Source: Felis catus (Eukaryota). From it: DNA of 64,000 nucleotides. The stretch spans positions 184,824,001-184,888,000 of the forward strand of contig NC_058368.1 of the NCBI RefSeq assembly GCF_018350175.1. The letters are read 5' to 3'. The notes under the pieces are model-generated. The model did not search any database and was not told the DNA's origin. It saw only the letters and a program-made list of their open reading frames with translations. Of this stretch, positions 52,571 through 64,000 are shown in pieces; within the stretch, counting starts at the first letter, position 1; each line of letters starts with the position of its first letter. The translations under genes were made by a program, and so were the position numbers.

Positions 52571-53909
52571 ACTAGCTAGAATTTTAAATAAGTCCCTCAA
52601 CTTGAGTTTGATATTTTCTCATGATTTAGATTCAGATTACACATTTTTTATAAGAATGCCATAGAAGTGACATTGTGCCCTTCTTAGGGCATCATATCAG
52701 AAGCCACATGTCAATGTCTCATTGCTGTGATATTAACTTTGATCATTTGGTCAGGGTAGTGCCTACAAAATTTTTCTATTGTAGAGTTTTTTCCTTCATA
52801 AGTAAGTATTTTGCAAGGTGATACCTTGGGAAAGTATAAATATATTTTTTCTCATCACACTTTCACTCATTTTAGTCTCCACAATGATTATTGCCTGCAA
52901 CAATTATTAGCGTGGTGTTTGGCAAATGGTAAACTTCTGTTTCCACCATGCATCCTACATTTATTAACTGGAATTCTACTGTGAAGAAAGAGTTGACCCA
53001 TTTCCCTGATTTATTTGTTTATTCCATTATTTACTTAAATAATTTAAATAGTTTATTGAAATATTTGTAAGTCCATATTCACAAATATTTATTCTATGGG
53101 ATATAATTTATTATTATTATTATTATTATTGTTGTTATGCTAAAATTGTCCTAGATGTGGCTATTGGGATAGTCTTCACGTTGGTTCCTATGTCTTTTTG
53201 ACATGCCCCTGTTATTTTTTGATCACTTTCTTATTTTCTGGCACCTATGTGCATCTCATAATTCCAGCCCTGGAATATGCCATTACTCCAAGGAGTCCCA
53301 TGTCATTGACAAGTTCCAGGCAATGAGACTGGCTTCAGGCATAGCTGAATCAAAGGTTTCAACTGATGTCATTTGGAATTCAAATATTTCTCTCAAACTT
53401 TTGGCTCTGCTTTTCTCAGCTTTCATTCCTAGACTACATTCTAGCCTACACATGGTGGCCAAGATGGCCACTAATGCTTACCCTTACAACTATTTTTCCT
53501 AAGAGAAAAGAGAAAACTCTTGATAGTCACAGCAAAAATCCCATGAAGAGGTTAAATTAACACAGACTGGATCATATGCCCATTTCTAATCCAATCCCTT
53601 CGGCCATGGAAACGGGGTACTCTGCCCAAGTACTGATCAAATGACCACTCCTTGACAGGCAGGGAGGAGGAGTTCAGTCTCTAAGAACCACATGGAATGG
53701 GTTTTCCCCAAGAAAAGTGGGCTTTAGTATGATACAGATAGGGTTCTACCACATGCTACATCTACAAAGTTCTTTGCTTAGTGTGGCACATAGTGAATAT
53801 TATACAATGACTTTTCCATCAACTCACTCTTCTGTCTCATTTCATCACTTCCATCCCCAAACAGGCAAATCTGAGATGAGATAAAATTCATATAAATCAA
53901 GTTGTTTAC

Positions 53910-53987
53910 CTGTTGGTGGTGCCGCCAAAGATTTTCAAGGTGAAAAAATGAGCAGGATGTTACACCGTGGGGGTCTAAACCCTCTAT
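53910..53987 (-). other. Candidate exon (78 nt)
   Basis: Minus strand: acttttcttgtag|ATAGAG...CAACAG|gtaaac. Confidence 0.3.
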
Positions 53988-54308
53988 CTACAAGAAAAGT
54001 CCACCCAGAATGGATAAGCACTCTTCTCGTGTGCACATAAACAATTGCATTCATGGGCATGCTATTCAGACCCACAGTTTTCAAAGATTAGGACAGAAAT
54101 AATAGGACTTTGGATACAAACAGAACTCAGTTCCAACACTGCCATTTGCTCTATAATCTTGGGTGAGTTACTTAGTCTCTCTGAGCTTTTTTCATCTGTA
54201 AAATGGAATATGTACTTCATGTGTTGTGAGAATTCAATGACATAATGCATGTAAAGCATCTAGTACAACACTAAGTGCATAAGAAAAATTTAGAATAAAA
54301 TATAGGTA

Positions 54309-54530
54309 GGGGCCCAAGGATGGCTCAGTCAGTTAAGTGTCCGACTCCAGCTCAGGTCATGATCTCACAGTTCATGAGCTCAAGCCCTGCGTCAGGCTCT
54401 GTGCTGACAGCTTGGAGCCTGGAGCTTGCTTCAGATTCTGTTTCTCCCTCTCTCTCTGCCCCTCCACCACTTGCACTCCATCTCTCTCTCTCTCTCTCAA
54501 AAAATAAATAAACATTAAATTTTTCTTAAA
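54309..54530 (+). mobile_element. Can-SINE
   Basis: Head, CT tract, A tail. Confidence 0.92.
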
Positions 54531-54654
54531 AAATATATAGGTAAAAATAAAGGAAACATATAGAAAATATATGTAAGAAAAAAAAACTAGCATGAATTTC
54601 ATCTTTCCTCAACAGTAATACCGGCATCTTGGAATTTCTAAAACAAAATTATAA

Positions 54655-54868
54655 ATTTTTTTTAATGTTTTATTTTATTTTTGAAACAGAGAGAGACAGA
54701 GCATGGATGGGGGAGTGTCAGAGAAAGAGGGAGACACAGAATCTGAAGCAGGCTCCAGGCTCTGAGCTGTCAGCACAGAGCCTGATGCGGGGCTCAAACT
54801 CACAGACCATCAGGTCATGACCTGAGCCGAAGTTGGAAGCTCAACCGACTGAGCCACCGAGGCACCCC
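54655..54868 (-). mobile_element. Can-SINE
   Basis: Reverse-complement head; TSD CTAAAACA.AATTATAA. Confidence 0.92.
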
Positions 54869-54989
54869 TAAAACATAATTATAAGTATCAGTTATTATTG
54901 AATAAAAATGTGAAAATTACTACTTAAAGTTTGCTAAGCATATCTTCTTTTATGTTGCCCTAAAACAAACAAACAAAAAATAACAACAG

Positions 54990-56390
54990 CAAAAACTAGA
55001 GTGAGGAAAAGGAAACAACAGAGTGAAAAGGCAACCTGTAGAATGGGAGAAAATACTTGTAAACCATATACCAGACCAGGGTTTCATTTCCAAAATATAT
55101 AGGGAGCTCATACAACACAACAACAACAACAAAAATGAATAACCCAACTTCAAAATAGGCTAAAGACTTATATAGTCATTTCTCCAAAGATACACAAATA
55201 GCTAACAGATATATGAAAAATATAATCAGAAAATGCAAATCAAAACCATAATGAGATCACCTCCCACCTGTTAGAATGACTATCAGACTAACAAAAGTAA
55301 GTGTTGGCAAGGATGTGGAGAAATTAGAACATTGTTGTTGGAACATAAAATGAGGCAGCCACTATGAAAAACAGTATGGAGATTCCTCAAAAAATTAATA
55401 GAACTACTTTGTGATCCAGCAATCTCACTTCTGAGTATTTATCTATAAGAACTGAAACGAGGATCTCAAAAAGACATCTGCACTCTTATGTTCAATGAAG
55501 CACCATTCACAATAGGCAACATATGGAAACATCCTAAGCTTCCATCAATGGATGAATAAAGAAGATGTCATATATATATGCAATAGAATTGTATTTAGGT
55601 TTAAAAAAGAAGGGACAGACAGTCTCTCCTTTGCTGTCCTGCCCCCCACTTCCTTGCTGTGTATTCAATAAACTTCTATCTCTTTTGTTCTGCCTTGGGT
55701 AAATTCTTACACTGCAGGCTTCCACCCAACTGGTTGCCCCACATTTAGTGGCCCGTACAGGGAGCCTTTGCCAGCCCGGGGATGTCCCCCAGATTCTCCG
55801 AGAATTTCTTGGGACTTTCCCTCAGTGGACTAACTCTAGTACTCCTTGGGAAACTGACAACCTCCAGCCAAGTTTACTCCTCCATGCAGGTCGAAAGCCC
55901 CGGGGCGAACCCACTGAACTACGCTTGCCCAGAAGGGTGAGGAATTTCTACTTTTGCCCTTCAGAGGGATCCTTCCCTCCTTCTCCTTTCTCTTTTGACC
56001 CTTCAGCAGCCTATCTCCTAAATAAATAAATAAGTAGGAAAGGAAATCCTGCAATATGAAGCAGATGAACCTTGAAGACATAATGCTGAGTAAAATAAGC
56101 CAGTTACAGGACAAATACTGCATGATTCCACTTGTATGGGATACCTAAAATAGTCAAACTCCCAGAAGCAGAGTAAAATGGTGGGTGCCGGGGCCTGGGG
56201 ATGAGAGGGTGCAGCAGAATGGGGAACTGCTAATCAATAGACATAAAGTCTCAATTATGCAAAATCGATAAGTTCTAGAGATCTGCTATACAGTGTGCAA
56301 CATTAACAATAACATACTGTACAACTAAAAATTTATTAAGAAGGTAGATTTCCAGCTAAGTGTTCCTACCACAATAGAATAAATTTTTAA
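54990..56390 (+). mobile_element. L1 3' region (L1MA9-like) interrupted by an ERV-derived insert
   Basis: GAATGGGAGAAAATA, AAGTTCTAGAGATCTGCT and GTAGATTT..CTAAGTGTTC motifs; AAAAAAGAAGG|...|AAATCCTGC junction. Confidence 0.9.
55614..56033 (+). mobile_element. ERV-derived R-U5-PBS(Ile)-leader fragment with A-rich tail
   Basis: AATAAA 55667-55672, LTR end CA 55742-55743, PBS TAGTGGCCCGTACAGGGA 55746-55763 (16/18 to the complement of the tRNA-Ile(AAU) 3' end), donor AGG|GTGAGG at 55937, (AAAT)n from 56020. Confidence 0.8.
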
Positions 56391-56724
56391 ACCTACAGTG
56401 AGTGAGGAAACCAAAGCCTTCCTTTCAAATGTGGGTAAAGCAGTAGGGTAGGAATTACATCTACTATTACTGGTGGCCATGATACATGGCCATGATACAT
56501 ACTTTACTAAAACTTACTCCAGGGAGGGCACACACACAAAAAATTACTCCAACAAATTCTCCACACACAGAACCCTTAACAGTTGTGTGGTATGTTGATA
56601 TGACTACGGCTTAATGAGGCTGCTTTTTTTAAACAAATAAATCAGAATATATATCCAAATAAATGTGATCACCTTCAAAATAAAGAAAAGATATAAACTT
56701 GTTTCAATAAAGTTCCAAATTTCT

Positions 56725-56939
56725 GGGGTGCCTGGGTGGCGCAGTCGGTTAAGCGTCCGACTTCAGCCAGGTCACGATCTCGCGGTCCGTGAGTTCGAGC
56801 CCCGCGTCGGGCTCTGGGCTGATGGCTCAGAGCCTGGAGCCTGTTTCCGATTCTGTGTCTCCCTCTCTCTCTGCCCCTCCCCCGTTCATGCTCTGTCTCT
56901 CTCTGTCCGAAAAATAAATAAACGTTGAAAAAAAAAAAA
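56725..56939 (+). mobile_element. Young felid Can-SINE
   Basis: Perfect TSD AAAGTTCCAAATTTCT. Confidence 0.96.
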
Positions 56940-58706
56940 AAAGTTCCAAATTTCTGTGTTTAAATTTTTTTCCCTTAAGACTCCAAGGCTCAGGTAAGTG
57001 ATTAAGTTTGATGTACATGTTTGGAGTTAAACACTTATGTAATAATAAAAGAAAAGAACTGGTTTCCATATAACGGGACACTACAAAGCTATTAAAGATA
57101 ATGAAGCATATATATGTGTGCATCTATGAAATGACCTACAAAATATATTGTCCAGTGAAAAAAACAGCCAGGAACCTAAGGATTACGGCATGCTCTTAAC
57201 CATATTTTTTAAAAAGGAGAATGTATATAAACATATGCTCATAGCACAAGCTATCTCTGGAAGGATACATAAATAATTGGTAGTTTACAAATAGCTGTTA
57301 TTCCAAAAATATTAATGTTTACTGTGTAGCATCTTTACATGTTTGATTCTTGGCTCTTACTAGATTTCAAGATCCTTTAGGACAAGAGTTATGCTTCCTT
57401 CTTTGTGATATTACCACATACCCAGGAAATTACATAGTACCCACATCCATCTGTGGATGAACAGGATCAGATTTACATACGGTAAAGCCATGTAAAGAAA
57501 GGGGTGCAGAGAGAGAAATTTGTCCAAATGATTAATCAAAACATTGTGAGGGCTTATTTGAGGAAGTACTTAAGTACAATTCAACCATATTCTTCTCATA
57601 TTCTTATCACGTATAAAAAAGTATAACTGATTTGGCAAGAGTTTATGCATTCTACTTGCTATTGTGGTAAGTCACAGAAAAGATAAAACTCTTTATTTTG
57701 TCCCCAGAAAGTGGATAACTCATCAGGTTTATTTTGCAACCCAGTCTCACACACAGACATCTGCAGTTATATCTGCCACCGTAAAATTAATAGCCCGTGT
57801 GTTTCCCAGGAATGGGCCAGCTTGGAGAGGGAACTTCCCACCACATAGTGTACAGTTAGAAACAGCTGGCCCCATGGCCAGGGAATATACTGACTCCTGC
57901 CAGAGCATTTGCCATGGGTCATTGCCATTCTTGGAGCGCTGGACCAGCCCACCAGCTCTTCGTGATATGATAGAAACCCACGAGCAGGTGGTTGCTACTC
58001 CACTTCATTTCTTCATTCAAAACATTTTCTGAAGATCATATCAAAGAGCACACGTAAAGTGAAATATTAAAGTTTCAGATCAAAAACCCGTACATGTAAG
58101 AACATGTAACTTGGTACAACTTCAGAGATGTAGTCCTTGCCTACATGGACTGAAGGGGTGAAAAGTGCCAGTCTGAAAAGTTCATGATGCCTGAAGTTAC
58201 CTCAGAGAGAGGAATCATATTGAACCATTTTTCCCAGTAACATACAGAAATCAACCGATGTCACTTGCAAATTACATAGTGGAGAGAACATTGAGGGCGA
58301 GAAAGGGTTACCTGCATGTTAACATTCTCAAGCACCTACTATGGCCATGAAAGGTTATGAGGATTATCTGTTTTCTACACACAAATAGTTATATGTTGCT
58401 GAGGAAACTAAAGCACGGAGATGTTACTTAATTTTCCCAAGGCAAAACAGCCAATATAGGTATCAGGATCTGCCTATAAGCGCAGGTCTATCTTACCTAA
58501 AGCTGATGTTCTCCCCACTATGAGAGCCAGTGAAAAGCAAAAGTGAACAGTGTGGGCTCTGGGGCCATATCACCTGGGCAGGAACCCTGACTCTACCAAC
58601 TGCTGGCTGCAAGGCTTAAACAACATGCTTATCATCACTGTGTCTCCCATTCCTCCATGTGTAAAATGAGCACAAGAACAGTAAATACCCAAGAGGGTTA
58701 TTTTGA

Positions 58707-58931
58707 GGGGCGCCTGGGTGGCGCAGTCGGTTAAGCGTCCTACTTCAGCCAGGTCACCATCTCGCGGTCCGTGAGTTCGAGCCCCGCGTCAGGCTCTGGG
58801 CTGATGGCTCGGAGCCTGGAGCCTGTTTCCGATTCTGTGTCTCCCTCTCTCTCTGCCCCTCGCCCGTTCATGCTCTGTCTCTCTCTGTCCCAAAAATAAA
58901 TAAAAAACGTTGAAAAAAATTAAAAAAAAAA
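58707..58931 (+). mobile_element. Young felid Can-SINE inserted in a MIR
   Basis: Perfect TSD AAGAGGGTTATTTTGA; MIR-like sequence ~58530-58990 on both sides. Confidence 0.96.
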
Positions 58932-60996
58932 AAGAGGGTTATTTTGAGCCTAAATGGACTTATACAAGCAAAACAGTTAGAAATGTACTTAGCAAGTATT
59001 TTTACTATTATTATGTCAAATGCTGACTCTGGAGAGAGTCAGGACAATCATACTTTGATGACAGGTGAAAATTAACATGATCAAGCTGTAAATCAGAAGA
59101 AGGCACATCAGAGTTAGAAATAATGAGGTATGTACCTGTGATGGGATTTGAGGATGGGAGCGGGGAAAAGCTTACCAAGAGAAAACACGAACCGATGAAA
59201 GTGGATGAGAACATTAATGAAAACAAACTTAGAAATCAGAGTCATCCTGCAGATAGGAATACCCTGAAGTTTGTTTTTCATTGGTTTGTTGTTCGTGTTC
59301 CCTGTTCTTTAAACAGAAAAGACATCACTTTGTTGAATGATCTCAAAAGCAATTGTGTAAAAAGTAAAGTCTACACAATGTGAACTCCTATGAGGGATTT
59401 AGTCCACCTTCCTCAGCTCAGGCAAAGGCTTCCAGAAACAAAGCACCAACTTTGATTCCTAAATGAGCATCAGTCCCTGTGGCTCAGTTACTCAAAGCTT
59501 CCAGCAGCACAGAACCTAATAGTTCGTGCTCCACAGCTGGGTTCTGAGCCTGGGGCTCCCAATGACTTTTTACAGAGCTTCATGATTGGTTTGCTTCCAT
59601 GGGATTTGGATCAAGATGAAAAATGAGCCCAAGGTTATTTGGAAACAGTTCATATTTAAGAGACCTTCAAACACTTCACAAATAAAAAGTGGTCTATAAA
59701 TATTGTATAATAACCCTAGATAACTTCCCACTTGCTAATGTTTATCACTGGGGGAAAATTAGCAATGGGCACACTCATACTTCAAAAGTTAGGAAATTGA
59801 GGATAAAATCCAAGTAGTTTGAAGAGTTGAAATCATTTTATTCACAGGGGAATAGCAGTTCATAAGGGAAGGAAATTGCGTTTGAATTTCTCAGCGCTGT
59901 GATAAAAGTACTCTATCTAGATGATACCTATTTCTCACTGAGTATCCCTAGCCTCCAGCACCCAATCCACCAACCTCTGACCCTATTAATTCATTACTGG
60001 CCATCCATGGAGCTGGTCTGTAGTCACGGGGATAGGGTTATGTAGATTGAAGATCATTTATCTTTAATACATAATGTAAAAACCGAAGACAACAATCTTG
60101 CAAACACATAACTGAATGTCTTTTCAGTCACCATCCATCACCACCCTTTTGTGGCACTGCGGTTGACCCTGACCCTTTCTTCTGGCACGAGCTGCCTTGT
60201 AGGGCCTGTTCCACATTAGGAAGTCAAATCGGTCATTTTTTCATTGCAGACCTGCTGGCTTAAAAATCAGCATTTACAAAGGAGCTTGTGATGCAGTGAA
60301 GAGCCCAGAAAGAGATGTAATAAACAATGTTTTGAATTACATTTTGGACATTTTAAAATGCTCTGGGCTCAGTTTCATAAGGCATTTGCATTTGTAATGA
60401 AAAAAAAATACATCTCTGAGCTTCCAGTCTCAGGTTAACAGCCTCTTTTATGTTGTAAATTTTTTTCAGGAGCAATTACAAATTGTACACGGATTCATTA
60501 TTTCTCAAGTACTTTATCAGGACATTTCCCCATACATCTAATTTGTCCTGTCTGAAATGTAACTTGACATAAGGGATTTTCTTAATTGCTTTTGAAGCCC
60601 TTCCAAGATAATCAACTGCTTTTTGGAGCATGATAAAAGACAGTAGACAATATTGCCAGTCTGTCTTAGGATCACATGCTGAAGTTTTTGAAGTTTTTGG
60701 GTAAGAGCAAAGAAAGGCAACATTTGCCTCCTAAACCATTCAGTATCTCCATTTTAATCTGACTTCCCTTACATGCAGCGGCTAAGAATAGAAAAAAGAA
60801 AATGTCCCCACCATTTTTATCTGCCCCATTGCAATGGCTGTCACTTTGGGAGTAGATGCAGTCAATATTTATGAAAGGACAAAAGGATAGTCTTTGTTAT
60901 TCTCAGGAATCTTAACCAAAGATTAAATAAAGATTAAAGCAAAAATAAAATAACCAAATATGGGGAGGAGAAGAAATACTGTCAAAAGGTGGTTCC

Positions 60997-61235
60997 TTTT
61001 TTTTTTTATTTTTTTTTATTTTTTAATGTTAATTTTTTTTTTTTTTTTTGAAGGAGAAAGAGACAGAGTATGAGCAGGGGAGGGGCAGAGAGAGAGGGAG
61101 ACACAGAGTCTGAAGCGGGCTCCAGACTCCTAGCTGTCAGCTCAGAACCCTACACAGGACTCAAACCAATGAACCAAGAGATCATGACCCGAGCCGAAGT
61201 CAGACGCTCAACTGAATGAGCCATACAGGTGTCCC
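60997..61235 (-). mobile_element. Can-SINE
   Basis: TSD AAAAGGTGGTT. Confidence 0.93.
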
Positions 61236-61376
61236 AAAAGGTGGTTGTTTCTGCTACCCTCCTTTAACATATGTAAGTAAATGATGGAACACTTATTTAC
61301 ATTAAGGGAACATTTTTACTTGCATTTTCAACTTGCCAATTCTAAATAATTTCATTTTTTAGTTACAGAACAAAAC

Positions 61377-61929
61377 TGTGGTTTAATGACAGGCAGGATT
61401 ATGGTCACCCACAGATGTCTACACCCTAATCCCCAGAACCTTATATGGCAAAATGGACTTTGTAGATGTGATTAAGGCCACTGACCTTGAGATGGGGAGA
61501 TATTACTGGATATTAGGGGATATACAATCTAATCATATGCCTCCTTAAATTTGGAGAACCTTTCCCCGTCAAAGAGGAGACAGAGGGTTGGAAAAATTCA
61601 ACATGAAGACTCAATCCACTGTGACAGGCTTTAAAGATAGAGGAAGGGGGCCACAAGCCAAGGAGTGTGGTGGCCACTAGAAGTTGGGAACAGCCATCAG
61701 TTTACAACTAGCAAGAAGGGACTAAATTCTATCAACAACCCAAATTGGCAGGAAACTTATTCTTCCCTAGAGCCTTCAGAAGGGAATATGGCCTGAAAAC
61801 ACTTTGATTTTCGCCCAGGGAGAGTTTTGTCAGACTTCTGACCTACAGAACTGTGAGATAATACATTTGAGTTGTTTAAGCTACTAGATAGGTGGTAATT
61901 TGTTAAAGCTGCATAGAAAAATCAACACA
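61377..61929 (+). mobile_element. MaLR (MLT1D/E-like) LTR
   Basis: GGCAAAATGGACTTTGTAGATGTGATTAAG...GACTTCTGACCTACAGAACTGTGAGA. Confidence 0.88.
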
Positions 61930-61954
61930 TTGTCTACATAGTGTAAGATCCAAC

Positions 61955-62058
61955 TTTTTTTTTTTTTAAAGTAAACTCTATATGCAACGTGGAGCCTAAA
62001 GTCACGATTCCAAGACCAAGAGTCATATACTCTACTGACTGAGCCAGACAGGTACCCC
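61955..62058 (-). mobile_element. Short Can-SINE
   Basis: Poly(T) plus degenerate head. Confidence 0.75.
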
Positions 62059-62204
62059 TGTAACATCCTTTTTATATATCCAGATCATTCTTGAAGTATC
62101 CAACAACAGATTTAATATTAATTGTATTATCATACAGCATTTAGCCCTGTGCAATGGAAATTCAAATACTGTTTGGTAAAATCAAATTAAATTATAATCT
62201 CACA

Positions 62205-62421
62205 GGGGCGCCTGGGTGGCTCAGTCGGTTAGGCGGCTGACTTCGGCTCAGGTCATGATCTCGCGGTCCGTGAGTTCGAGCCCCGCGTCGGGCTCTGTGC
62301 TGACTGCTCAGAGCCTGGAGCCTGTTTCAGATTCTGTGTCTCCCTCTCTCTCTGACCCTCCCCTGTTCATGCTGTCTCTCTATCTCAAAAATAAATAAAC
62401 GTTAAAAAAAATTAAAAAAAA
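62205..62421 (+). mobile_element. Young felid Can-SINE
   Basis: Perfect TSD AAATTATAATCTCACA. Confidence 0.96.
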
Positions 62422-63883
62422 AAATTATAATCTCACAAATGGAAAACAAAGAATCTAGTGTCCTTTCAGGAAGCTGGCATTATTAACTTAAGGACACTGA
62501 TTGGGACATTGGGTAAAGGATGAAAATTATTGGCTTTGTTTTTAGATCAACACTGTTAAGATGCCCTGCTGACTCTTAATCATCTCCTAAGAACTGCTCT
62601 TGGAAGGAATAGAACTTTTGTTTCTCAATTTTAAAGCTTAGCCTTGGCATTCTGTAATAAGAGGTCCACAGGACTTCAAAGAATTCTAGGTCTTTTCAAC
62701 TAAAAAACAGTCCGAATACAATAGGAATCATGACTAACAACAGCATCACCTTTTCTAGGTGAATGCAGGCAATATTAATAACCAAAAATAAAATGGTTAG
62801 TTTGGTGCTTCATTTATATTAAATGATGGATAAATTCATCTAAGATAGTTTTGTTCCTGTTGAAGCTAATCAACTTTCCCAAATACATATGGCAAAGAAT
62901 AGCCATTCAAGTGAGCCAGGACATCACAAAATCTGTTATGGAGGCATTAAGCTAAAGAAAACAGAGTGTTCAGTTCATAAAGTGGGTCAGGAAGAGATTC
63001 ATGATCCAAGCCTATAAAAATCAATACAAGTAAGGTGTTCCATTTTAAGATAGTGGATGGAAGACACGTATCAAATTTTGTTTCCTCCCAAAATCCCAGT
63101 GAAAGAAATTTTTGAACAAAAGTCAAGATAGCAAGGACAGAGAGAACAAGGAAGCAGACAACAGTAAAAAAATTTTGGAAGCTAGAAGGCAAAGAGGACT
63201 AATAGCTAACAATTTAACCAACCCCCCAAAACTGAATTATAGCCAATGGCTGGGAGAGCTAAGAACCAACATAATTTACTCTAAAAATCCTCAAAGTCTC
63301 AGGACCAGATAAATAACTCTGAATTCTAGGTGAGAGGGAAGGGGAAGAGTAAAGAGAAGTGGGTTAAATTAGATTCCCTGATCCCCAGATTAATGGACTT
63401 CTATTCTACAGAGACTGGACTGGAAGGGTGTGAGATGGGCAGGGTGAGGATGGAGGAACTGCACTGAAAAGGGGAGGATTAAGTGAATTTATGAAGGCTC
63501 AATGCTAATCACAGGAACTCTGAACTGTGAGGGAACTCACATCATCTAGCAAGGAACCCAAAACTGCTTAACCTGTATCTTGAGACTAGATCTCTACTGG
63601 ATGAATTGCACAATCTTAAGAAAGCCTGTTATATGTAAGGTAAACTTGGTTCTATCAAAGGCCCTCAACAATGACTAATTATGGAATCTCTAAGATCTAA
63701 TTAACGTAGTAGAACAGGATGGTGTGAGTGAATTCCTGGGTAGTTACGAGTGCCACCACCAGCCCCCAAGGCTAGCTTCCCTTATAGCTTTTAAAGTACA
63801 GTGCTATAAATATATTTTCCTCATTATTTACAAAACATTTTGTTCACTCTAGTTTACTGTATTTTAAGAATCCAGTATACAAA

Positions 63884-63932
63884 ACATGTAACATACATGT
63901 TTGTAACATACATGTTTGTATTTGTAACATAC
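63884..63932. repeat. 17-bp tandem repeat (TGTAACATACATGTT..)
   Basis: Directly visible. Confidence 0.8.
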
Positions 63933-64000
63933 AAAATACATATTAATCGGCTGTGTAATCAATAAGGCTTCCAGAGACATCTGGGTGGCTTAGTTGGTTA

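Larger units (their letters stand above)
50870..53290 (-). mobile_element. Old L1 (L1MC/ME-like) hosting nested insertions
   Basis: CATACACCCTTCACCCAGCTTCCCC, GATATTAACTTTGATCATTTGG, ATGTGGCTATTGGGA motifs. Confidence 0.75.

Overview
Mammalian genomic DNA, almost certainly felid: it is dense in tRNA-derived Can-SINEs, several of the young cat-type form with perfect target-site duplications (TSDs), plus cat-type L1 3' ends. I found no convincing protein-coding sequence; the ORF-track entries are mostly SINE, L1 or microsatellite read-throughs. The window looks like the intronic 5' region of a minus-strand gene I cannot name. Support for that is a weak CpG-island promoter at ~28.3-29.0 kb and several candidate non-coding exons with minus-strand splice signals (53987-53910, 30836-30572, a first exon ending at 28282, 21892-21133, 20814-20730, 20602-20472). 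The most interesting content is retroposition: (1) a U3-less ERV transcript copy (R-U5-PBS(tRNA-Ile)-leader plus A-rich tail) inside an L1; (2) two solo LTRs, each inside a SINE with a clean TSD, one young and co-oriented 348 bp upstream of a candidate exon; (3) a tail-less 5' U6 snRNA fragment with a nearby empty-site duplicate; (4) a poly(A)-tailed, 3'UTR-like retrocopy splitting a MaLR LTR; (5) a SINE carrying read-through flank from its source locus. Repeat family names come from recalled consensus sequences, not a database search, and boundaries of old elements are approximate.
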